DNA from: Planctomycetota bacterium
GTDB lineage: Bacteria; Planctomycetota; UBA1135; UBA2386
DNA length: 64,000 bases
Reading direction: 5' to 3'
NCBI GenBank assembly: GCA_965223545.1
Contig: OZ245006.1
Span: forward strand, 4,064,001 to 4,128,000
In this document: piece after piece, positions 1 to 10,847 of the stretch
Layout of the letters: every line of letters starts with the position of its first letter
Position numbering within the stretch: position 1 is the stretch's first letter
Program-made: the position numbers and the translations under genes
Notes under the pieces: generated by a model
What the model saw: only the letters and a program-made list of their open reading frames with translations
The model's database searches: none
What the model was told of the DNA's origin: nothing

Positions 1-1445
<1,445 letters not shown>

Positions 1446-1449
<4 letters not shown>

Positions 1450-2144
1450 GTGGCCACGGCCACGCCCTGCCGACGACGCCGACGCCCGAGGGGTTCATCC
1501 CCCACAAGGTCGCGCATCACTTCAACACGCACGTCCAGGAGTACCAGTCGTGCAAGCTGGTGTTCTGGCTGTTTCTCGCGACCGAGATCATGCTCTTCGG
1601 GGGCCTGTTCGCGGCGTACTTCGTCTACCACAACCTGTATCCGGAGACCTTCCGGGTCGGTGGCCAACAGCTGGACTGGACGCTCGGCGCGCTCAACACG
1701 TCGATCCTGCTCTCCAGCTCGTGGACGATGGCGATGGGCGTGCGCGCCGCGCAGCTCAGCCAGAAGAAGGCGATGCTGACCTACCTGGGACTGACCGTGG
1801 CGGGAGCGGTGGGGTTCATGGTGGTCAAGTACTTCGAGTACTCGGGCAAGTTCTCACACGGCTTGTACCCCGGCCGCTACTTCCACCCGCACGGTGAGTA
1901 CGCCGCCTTGTTCGAGGGCGTGGAGTGGCCCAACCTGTTCTTCAGCCTCTACTTCACGATGACGGGCATCCACGGCCTGCACGTCGTGATCGGCGCCATC
2001 CTGATCGTTTGGGTCATGTGGCGCGGCGCCAAGGGCCACTACCACAGCGGCCACTACCTGCCCGTCGATCTGGTCGGGCTCTACTGGCACCTCGTCGACC
2101 TGATCTGGATCTTCCTGTTCCCCTTGCTCTACTTGGTGCCCTGA
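1446..2144 (+). CDS. ctaE: Cytochrome c oxidase subunit III
   Basis: [33 protein letters not shown] and [19 protein letters not shown] motifs; ATGA overlap with subunit I. Confidence 0.95.
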
Positions 2145-2533
2145 TGTCGCACGACGCTCACACGCATGCCGGTGATGACGCCGTGGGGTTTCATCCCCCG
2201 CACGTCGTGCCGGCGTTCCTCTTCGTCAAAGTGTTGTTCGCTCTGTTGATCTTGACGGTGGTCACGGTCGCGGTGACGCGCGTCGACTTCGGCTCGCTCA
2301 ACATGTTCGTGGCGATGAGCATTGCCGCCCTCAAGGCTTCCTTGGTGATGACCTTCTTCATGCACCTGAAGTGGGACACCGCCATCAACAACATCGCGAT
2401 CCTCAGCTCGTTCTTGTTCTTGGCGCTGCTGTTCATCTTCACGCTCGCCGATCTCAACACGCGCGATCAGGTCGACCCGATCCTCGTGCAGCCGACGCCG
2501 GTGGAGGCGCCCGGTCAGGGATTGGTGCACTGA
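2144..2533 (+). CDS. Cytochrome c oxidase subunit IV family protein (CtaF-like)
   Basis: ATG overlaps the subunit III stop (TGATG); three TM helices and the KASLVMTFFMHLKWD motif. Confidence 0.88.
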   Translation: MSHDAHTHAGDDAVGFHPPHVVPAFLFVKVLFALLILTVVTVAVTRVDFGSLNMFVAMSIAALKASLVMTFFMHLKWDTAINNIAILSSFLFLALLFIFTLADLNTRDQVDPILVQPTPVEAPGQGLVH

Positions 2534-2577
2534 GCGCCGCAGCGGGTGCGGCACATGCCCCACCCGGTCGGAAACGA

Positions 2578-2606
2578 GGAACGGCGGGCGGTGACCCGCC
2601 GTTTCC
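2578..2606 (+). terminator. Hairpin after the oxidase operon, possible terminator
   Basis: AACGGCGGG-CGGTGA-CCCGCCGTT stem-loop followed by only a short T run. Confidence 0.45.
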
Positions 2607-2692
2607 CGTAGACGGAGGCAGCATTTAGACCCGCGAGGCCCCCCCTGGACGCCGCATATCTTCACGCCCGAGCCCCGAGCGCAGCCCGCGTC

Positions 2693-5491
2693 GTGTTCTT
2701 CCACCCCGAGGGGTTGGAGGCCGCGCACGAGGTGATGCCCGAAGAGCTGCGGGCGGGCAGCGAGCAGGTCGCGTTCCAGATCCTGCTCCCCACCGAGGAG
2801 TCCGCGCTGCTGCCGATCTCGGTGTCGCAGGTGCGCGCCAACGAGGGGACCGCGGCGCGGATCGCGCCCGCGCTGTGGACCATGACCGGTGTGGGCGTGT
2901 CGCTGGACGTCGCGGTGCCGGCGCTGGCGGCGACGGAGCCCGAGGCCGAGATGCCGGGGCTGTGCTTCTTGGTCGCGGTCTCTCGCCTGGTGATGGCGAT
3001 GGTCGAACGCGGCGAGTTCGCACCGGCCGAGAGCAAGAGCGTGCTGCAGGTCGTGCCGGTGTGGTCCGAACCCTCGATCCGCGCGGTCGGGGTGATCGCG
3101 GAGATGGCGCCGGAGTCGACGCTCACGGCGCGCTTCGCCTCCGGCGACGACCCGGTCTACGCGGTGACGCCGCGCAACGAGACCGTCAGCATGGTCGGCC
3201 ATTTCCTGGATGCCGTCGCTGGGGCTCGGCAGCCGGCATGGGATCGGGCCGAGCGCCTGCCGCGGTCGTTTTGGCGGACCGCGCCAGGACCGGTCCTGGA
3301 AGTGATCCGCCCCGAGCGAGAGCTCGAGGAAGGCGCTCCCTGGGGTCTGCAGCTGTGGTTTCGGCCGGTGCCTGGCGGCCGCTTGCTGTTCAGCTTCGAA
3401 GAGCTCGAAGAACGCCACCACGCGCGCTTGTTTCCCGACTCGCTCACCGCCGAGGGGCTGGCGTTGATCGAGATCAAGATGGAAGACCTGGCCCGGCGCA
3501 TGCCCGCGCTGCGCCGCGCGCGCAACATGAGCGACGGGCGCGCGTCGCTCAACCGCCAGGAGCTCGATCAGATCCTCGACCACCTGCCGTTGCTCGAGGC
3601 CGAGGGCATCGAGGTCACCCTGCCGGGTCTCGAGGAAGTGCATCGCCTGGCGGCGCGCGTCAAGCTGACCGAGGTTTCCAGCGAGTCCGACCCGCGGCCG
3701 TGGTTCGAGTTCAACTGGCAGCTGGCGATCGGCGACCGCGTCCTCGACAGCAAGGAGTTCGACGCGCTGGTGTCGGCGCGCAGCCCGCTGGTCGAGCTGC
3801 GCCGCGGCACGGTGCTGCTGAGCCCCAAGGACAGAGAAGCGCTGGCCACGCTGAAGAAGCGCGCCAAGGACGAGGGGCGCAAGATCTCGTTCTTCGAGGC
3901 CCTGCGGCTCAAGCTGGGAGGTGCGACGCACCTGCACGGACTGGCGATCGAATCGTTGGAGAGCGCCCCCCGCCTCGACGAGCTGACCAAGTGCCTCGAG
4001 CAGGCCCGTTCGCTCGAGCCGCGCGAGCAACCAAAGGAGTTCGTCGGCGAGCTGCGGCCCTACCAGGCCCGCGGCCACGCGTGGCTCTACTACCTGCTCG
4101 ACCAGGGCTTCGGCGCATGCTTGGCCGACGACATGGGTCTCGGCAAGACCGTGCAGGCGATCGCCGTGATCCTGGACTGGCGCCGCGATCCGGAGCGCCG
4201 CGGCCCGATGCTGCTGGTGTGTCCGGTGTCGGTGCTCGGCAATTGGCGCCGCGAGCTGCACCGGTTCTCGCCGAGCCTGGCGGTGTCGATGCACCACGGC
4301 AAGGGACGCGCGCGCACCGAGGAGGACTTCGACCGGATCATCGCCGAGAACGACGTGATCCTGACCAGCTACAACCTGCTGCAGCGGGATCAGGAGCTGA
4401 TCGAGAAGATCTCGTTCGAAGGGGTGATTCTCGACGAGGCGCAGAACATCAAGAACCCGCGCACGCGACAGTCGAAGGCCGCGCGCCGCCTCAAGGGTCG
4501 GTTCCGCATGACGCTGACCGGCACCCCGCTGGAGAACCGTCCGCTCGACCTCTGGTCGATCATGGACTTCCTCAACGAGGGCCTGCTGGGGACGCGCACC
4601 AACTTCGTGCAGACCCTCGAGCACCCGATCGTCAAGCAGCGCAGCCGCAGCACGATGTCGACTCTGGCGCGTCTGGTCCGCCCGTTCGTGCTGCGCCGGT
4701 TGAAGACCGATCCGGAGATCATCCACGACCTCCCCGAGAAGTCGGAGCAAGTCGTGGTCGCGAGTCTGTCGCGCGAGCAGGCCGTCCTCTACGAGTCCGT
4801 GGTGCGCTCCGGCTTGGCCGAGGTCGAGCTCGCCGCCGAGGGCATCCAGCGGCGCGGCGCGATCCTCACCACTCTGTTGCGACTCAAGCAGGTGTGCAAC
4901 CACCCCGCCCACTACCAGATGGACGGCTCCACCCTGCCGGGGCGCTCGGGCAAGCTCGACCTGCTGACCGAGATGTTGGTCGAAGCGCTGGACGAGGGCG
5001 ACCGGTGCCTGGTGTTCACTCAGTTCAAGGAGATGGGCACGCTCTTGAAGACCCATATCGAGAGCGTGGTCGAGGGCAAGGTGCTCTTCCTGCACGGCAG
5101 CGTGCCGCAAAAGGACCGCGAGTCGATGGTCGCCGAGTTCCAGCAGGGCGCCGAGGACGGTCCGCGCGTGTTCGTGCTGTCGCTCAAGGCGGGCGGCACC
5201 GGCCTCAACCTGACCGAGGCCAATCGGGTGTTCCACTTCGATCGGTGGTGGAACCCGGCGGTGGAAGACCAGGCCACCGACCGCGCCTTCCGCATCGGCC
5301 AACGGCGCAACGTCTTCGTACACAAGTTCGTGTGCACCGGCACTCTCGAGGAGCGCATCCAGACGATGCTGGAACGCAAACGAGAGGTGGCGGACAATCT
5401 GCTCGGCGCCGGTGAGGGCTGGTTGACCGAGCTGTCGAACGAGGAGCTGCGCAAGCTCTTGGTGCTGGACAAGGCGGAGGCGTTGGCTTGA
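2693..5491 (+). CDS. SNF2-family (SWI2/SNF2) helicase/ATPase
   Basis: LRPYQ, LADDMGLGKT, ILDEAQNIKN, LTGTPLENR, SLKAGGTGLNL and WWNPAVEDQATDRAFRIGQ motifs; start uncertain. Confidence 0.95.
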   Translation: MFFHPEGLEAAHEVMPEELRAGSEQVAFQILLPTEESALLPISVSQVRANEGTAARIAPALWTMTGVGVSLDVAVPALAATEPEAEMPGLCFLVAVSRLVMAMVERGEFAPAESKSVLQVVPVWSEPSIRAVGVIAEMAPESTLTARFASGDDPVYAVTPRNETVSMVGHFLDAVAGARQPAWDRAERLPRSFWRTAPGPVLEVIRPERELEEGAPWGLQLWFRPVPGGRLLFSFEELEERHHARLFPDSLTAEGLALIEIKMEDLARRMPALRRARNMSDGRASLNRQELDQILDHLPLLEAEGIEVTLPGLEEVHRLAARVKLTEVSSESDPRPWFEFNWQLAIGDRVLDSKEFDALVSARSPLVELRRGTVLLSPKDREALATLKKRAKDEGRKISFFEALRLKLGGATHLHGLAIESLESAPRLDELTKCLEQARSLEPREQPKEFVGELRPYQARGHAWLYYLLDQGFGACLADDMGLGKTVQAIAVILDWRRDPERRGPMLLVCPVSVLGNWRRELHRFSPSLAVSMHHGKGRARTEEDFDRIIAENDVILTSYNLLQRDQELIEKISFEGVILDEAQNIKNPRTRQSKAARRLKGRFRMTLTGTPLENRPLDLWSIMDFLNEGLLGTRTNFVQTLEHPIVKQRSRSTMSTLARLVRPFVLRRLKTDPEIIHDLPEKSEQVVVASLSREQAVLYESVVRSGLAEVELAAEGIQRRGAILTTLLRLKQVCNHPAHYQMDGSTLPGRSGKLDLLTEMLVEALDEGDRCLVFTQFKEMGTLLKTHIESVVEGKVLFLHGSVPQKDRESMVAEFQQGAEDGPRVFVLSLKAGGTGLNLTEANRVFHFDRWWNPAVEDQATDRAFRIGQRRNVFVHKFVCTGTLEERIQTMLERKREVADNLLGAGEGWLTELSNEELRKLLVLDKAEALA

Positions 5492-6222
5492 GCGAAGGGC
5501 GCGGCATCACTTTGGGAGAACGCTGGCGCCGTGAGAGCAACCGCGGTGTCGACGCCGAACAGCTCGACAAAGTGCTGGCGATGCTGCCATCGATCCGCCA
5601 CCCGAAAGTGCGCGTGCGCCACGGCGCGATCCACGCCGAGATGGAGGGCTCGATGGGCTCCATCAACGAGGTGAGCATCCACGTCGCGACCCTCGGCTCG
5701 CGGACGTGGCCGCAGGTCGCCCGCGTCCTCAAGCGCTCGTCGAGCATGATCGAGGCGCTGGAGTCGGGCCGGGTGCCGCGTTCGTTGGATCGGCTGGTGG
5801 CGCGGATCTCGGGCGAGCCGCTGTTTCCCGAGTCGCGCCGGGTGACCTCGGCCTGCTCGTGCGGGGCCCCGGACATGCCCTGCCGGCACATTCTCGGGCT
5901 GCACGAGCTGTTCGCCCGAAGGCTCGACGATCGGCCCTGGGAGCTGCTGACGATCCGCGGCGTCGAGGTCACCGACCTGCTGGCGCGCGCCAAGAGCGCG
6001 GAGCCCGATCCGGACCTGCCGCCGCTCGCGTTCGGCGCCACCGAGGAGCCGGTTCTGTTCCCCGAGGGGGAAGAGGGCGATCTCGATTCGGTGCTCGCGC
6101 CGGCCCAGATCGCCAGCCTGCTCGGCGTCTCCCCCGCCAACGTCTACGACGCGGTCGCCGACGCCCTGCGTCGATACGTCGAAAGCCCGTCCGTCCCGCC
6201 CCCGACCCCCGACCCCAACTGA
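5488..6222 (+). CDS. SWIM zinc-finger protein
   Basis: CSC-x6-CRH SWIM motif followed by LDDRPWELLTIRG; overlaps the SNF2 stop, a known gene pairing. Confidence 0.85.
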   Translation: MSEGRGITLGERWRRESNRGVDAEQLDKVLAMLPSIRHPKVRVRHGAIHAEMEGSMGSINEVSIHVATLGSRTWPQVARVLKRSSSMIEALESGRVPRSLDRLVARISGEPLFPESRRVTSACSCGAPDMPCRHILGLHELFARRLDDRPWELLTIRGVEVTDLLARAKSAEPDPDLPPLAFGATEEPVLFPEGEEGDLDSVLAPAQIASLLGVSPANVYDAVADALRRYVESPSVPPPTPDPN

Positions 6223-6226
6223 TCAC

Positions 6227-7600
6227 GTGCTAGGACTACTCGCTGAAGGCATCGATCTGATCTCTTCGCCGTTCGCCATCGCGGCGCTCGTCCTGTTCGT
6301 CATCGCCTATGCGATGGTGGTCGCCGAGGACGTCATCAAGCTGCGCAAGTCCAAGCCGGTCATCTTGGCCGCTGGCGTGATTTGGGTGCTGGTCGCACTG
6401 GCATACGGTGAGTGGGGACGGTCGCCGGACTACGATCTCGCGACCTTGCGCGAGCACCTGCACGGCGCGCAGGTCAACGATCTCAATGAGGGGCTGCAGT
6501 ACATGGTGGGTCACCATGTGCGCGACTTCGCCCAGCTGTTCCTCTTCTTGATGGTGGCAATGACCTACATCAGCGCCATCGCCGAGCGGAACGTCTTCTT
6601 GAAGATCAACGCGTGGCTGGTGTCGGCTGGCTTCGGGCTGCGCACGGTGTTCTGGACCACGGGTGCGCTGTCGTTCGTGATCTCGCCGATCGCCGACAAC
6701 CTGACCACCGCGCTGCTGATGGGTGCCGTCGTCGTCACGGTGGGCCGCGGCAAACCGCGCTTCATCTCGGCTGCCTGCGTCAACGTCGTCGTCGCCGCCA
6801 ACGCCGGCGGCGCGTTCTCCCCGTTCGGCGACATCACCACTCTGATGGTGTGGGAGAAAGGCCACGTGTCGACGCTGCAGTTCTTGGAGCTGATCCCGGC
6901 GTCGGTGGTGAATTGGCTGGTGCCGGCCGCGTTCATGCACTTCGCCGTGCCGAAGGAACGGCCGGAGCCGGTCCAGCAGGACGCCGAGCTCAAGCCGGGT
7001 TGGTGGCTGGTGATCGTGCTGTTCTTGTGCACGATCGCGACCGCCGTCAGCTTCCACGCCATCCTGCACCTGCCGCCCTTCCTCGGCATGACGACCGGGC
7101 TGGCCTACTTCTTCATCTACGGGTATTTCCGCCTTATCGTCGAGAGGCGAAAGGCGGTGGCGGAGCCGGTCGACGTGTTCAAGAACGTCGCCGAAGTCGA
7201 GTGGGACACGCTGCTGTTCTTCTTCGGCGTGATCATGTGCGTCGGTGGGCTGACCGAGCTCGGCTATCTGTCGGTGGCCTCGGAGGCGATGTACGGCGAT
7301 CTCGGCGCCTTCTGGGCCAACGTGTCGGTCGGCGTGATCTCGGCGATCCTCGACAACGTGCCGGTGATGTTCGCGGTGCTGGCGATGGACCCCGCGATGA
7401 GCCTCAACGAGTGGCTGCTGGTGACCCTGACCGCCGGCGTCGGCGGCTCGTTGCTGGCGGTGGGCTCGGCGGCCGGCGTCGCGCTGATGGGCGCCGCGCA
7501 CGGCATCTACACGTTCACCAGCCACCTCAAGTGGACCCCGGTCATCGCGCTGGGCTACGCCGCGGCAATCGCCACCCACGTCTTCCTGTTCGGCACGTGA
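6227..7600 (+). CDS. nhaD: Na+/H+ antiporter, NhaD family
   Basis: LRKSKPVI, SPIADNLTTAL, NAGGAFSPFGDITTLMVW, DNVPVM and GGSLLAVGSAAGVALMG; about 12 TM helices. Confidence 0.92.
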   Translation: MLGLLAEGIDLISSPFAIAALVLFVIAYAMVVAEDVIKLRKSKPVILAAGVIWVLVALAYGEWGRSPDYDLATLREHLHGAQVNDLNEGLQYMVGHHVRDFAQLFLFLMVAMTYISAIAERNVFLKINAWLVSAGFGLRTVFWTTGALSFVISPIADNLTTALLMGAVVVTVGRGKPRFISAACVNVVVAANAGGAFSPFGDITTLMVWEKGHVSTLQFLELIPASVVNWLVPAAFMHFAVPKERPEPVQQDAELKPGWWLVIVLFLCTIATAVSFHAILHLPPFLGMTTGLAYFFIYGYFRLIVERRKAVAEPVDVFKNVAEVEWDTLLFFFGVIMCVGGLTELGYLSVASEAMYGDLGAFWANVSVGVISAILDNVPVMFAVLAMDPAMSLNEWLLVTLTAGVGGSLLAVGSAAGVALMGAAHGIYTFTSHLKWTPVIALGYAAAIATHVFLFGT

Positions 7601-7618
7601 GGCCGGCGCGGGGGTGTT

Positions 7619-8362
7619 CTACACCCCTAGCGACAGGCGGTCGGCGAGGACGTCGGGGAGACCGGCTCGCTTGATCTTCGCCTGCGTCGTCTGCAGGTCG
7701 TAGGCGATGCGCCGGATGGACAGGGTGCCGCGTTCGGTGTCGTACAGGGCGTAGGCTGCGCGCGGGTCCTCGTCGCGCGGCTGCCCCACGCTGCCGACGT
7801 TGGCCAGGATCTTGGTGGCGTTCTCGGTGGTCGTCGAGATCTCGCTGTCGTAGAGCACCTCGAGCTCGTTGGGCCGCATGTCGGGGCGCTCGATGTAGAT
7901 CGCCGGGACGTGAGAGTGGCCGACGAAGCTGACCAGCGTGCGCTGCTGGCGCAGCGACTCCTTGGCCTCCACTTGCGTCAGCACGTAGCCGAACTGCTCG
8001 GGCATGTGCAGCGTGCCATGCACCACGGTGTAGGTGTGGTGCTCGACCACCAGCGGCAGGGAGCGGAGATACTCGAGATCCTCGGTGCGGAGCTGCTGGC
8101 GCGTCCAGTCGATCGCGGCCCGGGCGTAGGCGTTGAAGTAGTCGGTGTCGAGCAGGTTGACCACGGCGGCGTCGTGGTTGCCCATACACACCGTGCACTT
8201 GAGCTCGCGCACCAAGTCCAAGCATTCGCGCGGATCGGGTCCGTAGCCGACGATGTCCCCCACCTGGACCCAGTGGTCGACGCCTTCGCTGCGCAGCGCG
8301 TCGATCACCGCCTCGAGTGCCTCGAGGTTGCTGTGAATGTCACCGAGGATTCCGATCCGCAT
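7619..8362 (-). CDS. Calcineurin-like metallophosphoesterase
   Basis: GDIHSN, GDIVGYG, GNHD, VHG, GHSH and NVGSVGQPRD motifs; ATG at 8362. Confidence 0.93.
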   Translation of the reverse strand: MRIGILGDIHSNLEALEAVIDALRSEGVDHWVQVGDIVGYGPDPRECLDLVRELKCTVCMGNHDAAVVNLLDTDYFNAYARAAIDWTRQQLRTEDLEYLRSLPLVVEHHTYTVVHGTLHMPEQFGYVLTQVEAKESLRQQRTLVSFVGHSHVPAIYIERPDMRPNELEVLYDSEISTTTENATKILANVGSVGQPRDEDPRAAYALYDTERGTLSIRRIAYDLQTTQAKIKRAGLPDVLADRLSLGV

Positions 8363-8366
8363 CGTT

Positions 8367-9035
8367 TCAGTCTCGAAGACTACGGAGCGCGAAGCCCCAA
8401 GCCAGGAGAAGCCCGCCGAGGGTGGCGAGCCCCGCGGCGGCGTATGCGTCGGTTTGGGGGAAGAATCCGTTCGGTTCAAGCCCGGAATGCAGCAGCGCGC
8501 GCAGCGGCAAGGGCAGATCGATGGCCGCGGACGCCGCGATCACCGCGATCCACGCGGTGGTGCCCGCCAGTGTGGGCAGGGCCAGTCGGTGGATGGCGGC
8601 GGCCACTGCGGTCAGCGGCATTGCCATCACGATGGGCGTGATGGTGTTGCCGGGGCCCGCGGGGGGCCCCTTCGAGCCAAAAATACTGTCCGCCGCAAAT
8701 GCGATGAGGCTCAGACCGGCTCCGATGGCCAGCGTGTAGCACACCGCGCCGAGCCACTGCCCCAGAACCGGCCCAAGCACCCCCTTGTGATGTCGCAGCC
8801 AGCGCTCTTGCTCCGAGTCTCGCGCGAGCGCCCAGACCGATGCGATGACCAACGCCGTGGCCAGCAGCACCGCCGTCACCGTCGGCCAGAAGAACGCCAC
8901 GCGCGACAGCCCGGACGGCTGTTGTGTCTTGGTCAGCACGATCCAGCCGCCGGCGAGCGGCACGATCCAGGCGGTCAGCGACCGGTGCAGAGACACCAGT
9001 TCGACCCGCAACGACAGCGACAAGCTGGACAACAC
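8367..9035 (-). CDS. Hypothetical multi-pass membrane protein
   Basis: About six hydrophobic segments; ends 4 nt before the phosphoesterase start; no family motif recognised. Confidence 0.6.
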   Translation of the reverse strand: MLSSLSLSLRVELVSLHRSLTAWIVPLAGGWIVLTKTQQPSGLSRVAFFWPTVTAVLLATALVIASVWALARDSEQERWLRHHKGVLGPVLGQWLGAVCYTLAIGAGLSLIAFAADSIFGSKGPPAGPGNTITPIVMAMPLTAVAAAIHRLALPTLAGTTAWIAVIAASAAIDLPLPLRALLHSGLEPNGFFPQTDAYAAAGLATLGGLLLAWGFALRSLRD

Positions 9036-9181
9036 GACGCCCGGTCACCATAGCGACTGGGCCGCCGGATTTTGCTCACAGACCGGGCGATGTCATGGCA
9101 AGATGCTGCCCAGGAGCAGGCGACGGTGCGCTGAGGGCCGTTTGCTCCGAGGGCGAACGCGGTGGGCAACTCGAGGCAAGC

Positions 9182-9907
9182 ATGAGGTCGGTGGCGCTGG
9201 CCAACCAGAAGGGCGGCGTCGGCAAGACCACCACCGCGATCCACCTGGCGCACGGGCTGGCCTTGGCGGGCCAGCGGGTGGCGCTGCTGGACTTGGACCC
9301 GCAGGGCAATGCGTCGCTGGCGGTCGAACGCATGCACCACGATCCCGGCGAGGTCGTCGGCCCGTTCGAGCTGATGCGGCCGATCGCCGAGCGCTGTTGG
9401 ATCCTGCCGTCGCCCGGGGCCGAGCGCAATCTGGCGCACGATGAGACCCTCAACACGGACGCCCTCGTGGCGATGGTGGAGGCGCTGGCGCGCGACGTCG
9501 ACTGGCTGCTGGTGGACTGCCCCCCCCGCATGGATCAATGGGGTTGGGCCGGACTGCGCCTGTGCGAGCAAGTCCTGATCCCGGTCCAGGGCGAGTTCTT
9601 CGCCATGCAGGGGCTGTCGCACATGATGCAGACCCTAGAGGCAGCCCAGCGCGAGTTCCCCGGCAAGGCGCAGTTGCTCGGGGTGCTGGTGACTCTGCTG
9701 GACCTGGCGGAGCCCATCGCCCAGGACGTGCTCGGGGATCTGCGCGCCAACTTGGGGCCGCAGCTGATGCGCGCGGTGATCTACCGGGACGCCCAGTTGG
9801 TCGAGGCGGCCAGCCATGGCGTCACCCTTTTCGACTATCATCCGTTCTCAAAAGGCGCGTTGGCGTACGCAGACTTGGTCAGGGAGGTGTTGCATGGTGG
9901 AGCGTAG
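9182..9907 (+). CDS. parA: Chromosome partitioning ATPase ParA/Soj
   Basis: NQKGGVGKTTT deviant Walker A, DLDPQGNAS, VDCPP and EAASHG; directly upstream of parB. Confidence 0.93.
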   Translation: MRSVALANQKGGVGKTTTAIHLAHGLALAGQRVALLDLDPQGNASLAVERMHHDPGEVVGPFELMRPIAERCWILPSPGAERNLAHDETLNTDALVAMVEALARDVDWLLVDCPPRMDQWGWAGLRLCEQVLIPVQGEFFAMQGLSHMMQTLEAAQREFPGKAQLLGVLVTLLDLAEPIAQDVLGDLRANLGPQLMRAVIYRDAQLVEAASHGVTLFDYHPFSKGALAYADLVREVLHGGA

Positions 9908-10772
9908 ATTGGGCCGCGGGCTCGACTTCTTTCTATCCGGATCCTCGGCCCCCAGCGGGAGCCGCGGCAAGGACGGCGTCGCGGAGATCGAGCTGTCCAA
10001 GCTGACCCCCAACCGCCACCAGCCGCGCCGCGAGTTCGACGAGGGCGAGCTCAAGGAGTTGGCCGCGAGCATCCGGGCGACCGGGATTCTGCAGCCGATT
10101 CTGGTGCGGGAGGGCAAGAGTGGTTTCGAGATCGTCGCGGGCGAGCGGCGCTGGCGCGCCGCCCAGATGGCCGGGCTGGAGCGGATTCCCGCGATCGTGC
10201 GGGAGGTCGGCGACGAGATGTTGGCCGTTTTCGGGTTGGTCGAGAACCTGCAGCGCAGCGACCTCAACCCGATCGAGAAGGCGCAGGCCTTCCGCAAGAT
10301 CCAGACGCTGACCAAGGGCTCCCAGGCCGACATCGCCCGTCAGGTTGGGCTGGAGCGGTCGAGCGTGGCCAATTTCATGCGGTTGCTGGAGCTGCCCGAG
10401 GACGTGCAGGCGCATGTTTCACGTGGAACACTCTCGATGGGGCACGCCCGGGCCTTGCTCGGGCTCAGCGGGGCGGACGAACGCTCGGCCATCGCCGAAG
10501 AAGTGGTGCGCCAGCGAATGTCCGTGCGCCAAGTCGAGGCGCTGGTGCAGGAGATGGCGGAGGCCGCCAAGCCCTCACAGAAGGGCAAGCGGAAGCCAAA
10601 GAAGGGCGAACGCCCGGTTTGGCTCAACGAGATCGAGGACAACCTCGTCGAGGCCTTGGGCACCCCGGTGACCGTGCGCTACGGAAACCGGCGCTCCACC
10701 ATCACCATCGAGTGCAAGGGCCGCGAGGAGTTCGAGCGGGTCTACGAACGGCTCAAAGACCTCGGCGATTGA
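9894..10772 (+). CDS. parB: Chromosome partitioning protein ParB/Spo0J
   Basis: RRLGRGL N-terminus, PNRHQPRREF, GILQPILVR, IVAGERRWRAA, ENLQRSDLNPIE and an HTH; GGAGG RBS upstream. Confidence 0.96.
   Translation: MVERRLGRGLDFFLSGSSAPSGSRGKDGVAEIELSKLTPNRHQPRREFDEGELKELAASIRATGILQPILVREGKSGFEIVAGERRWRAAQMAGLERIPAIVREVGDEMLAVFGLVENLQRSDLNPIEKAQAFRKIQTLTKGSQADIARQVGLERSSVANFMRLLELPEDVQAHVSRGTLSMGHARALLGLSGADERSAIAEEVVRQRMSVRQVEALVQEMAEAAKPSQKGKRKPKKGERPVWLNEIEDNLVEALGTPVTVRYGNRRSTITIECKGREEFERVYERLKDLGD
10415..10430. promoter_or_regulatory. parS: parS centromere site inside parB
   Basis: TGTTTCACGTGGAACA, a 15/16 match to the parS consensus TGTTTCACGTGAAACA. Confidence 0.88.
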
Positions 10773-10807
10773 GGAGCTTTGCCCCGGCCGCTTCGGCCGA
10801 GGGCTCC
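10773..10807. terminator. GC-rich hairpin between the convergent parB and cyclophilin genes
   Basis: GCCC-CGGCCG-CTT-CGGCCG-A-GGGC imperfect stem, with the outer GGAGC...GCTCC an alternative pairing. Confidence 0.4.
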
Positions 10808-10847
10808 GGGGGAAAGGGCCCCAGGGAGGGGCACACAGGCGGCGCTC

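Noticed and set aside
2129..5323. Long antisense and alternate-frame ORFs (for example 2129-5323, 15232-18570, 33551-36319, 35035-37743, 61695-63800)
   Set aside because: Shadow ORFs expected in very GC-rich DNA; they overlap well-supported genes and have no motifs.
2693..6222. SNF2 helicase as part of an anti-phage system (DISARM/Zorya-like)
   Set aside because: No methylase, nuclease or other defence genes nearby; it matches the common SNF2-SWIM pair.
9182..10772. parAB as evidence of a plasmid or ICE
   Set aside because: Soj/Spo0J-type sequences with a chromosomal-type parS among housekeeping genes; no rep or conjugation genes.
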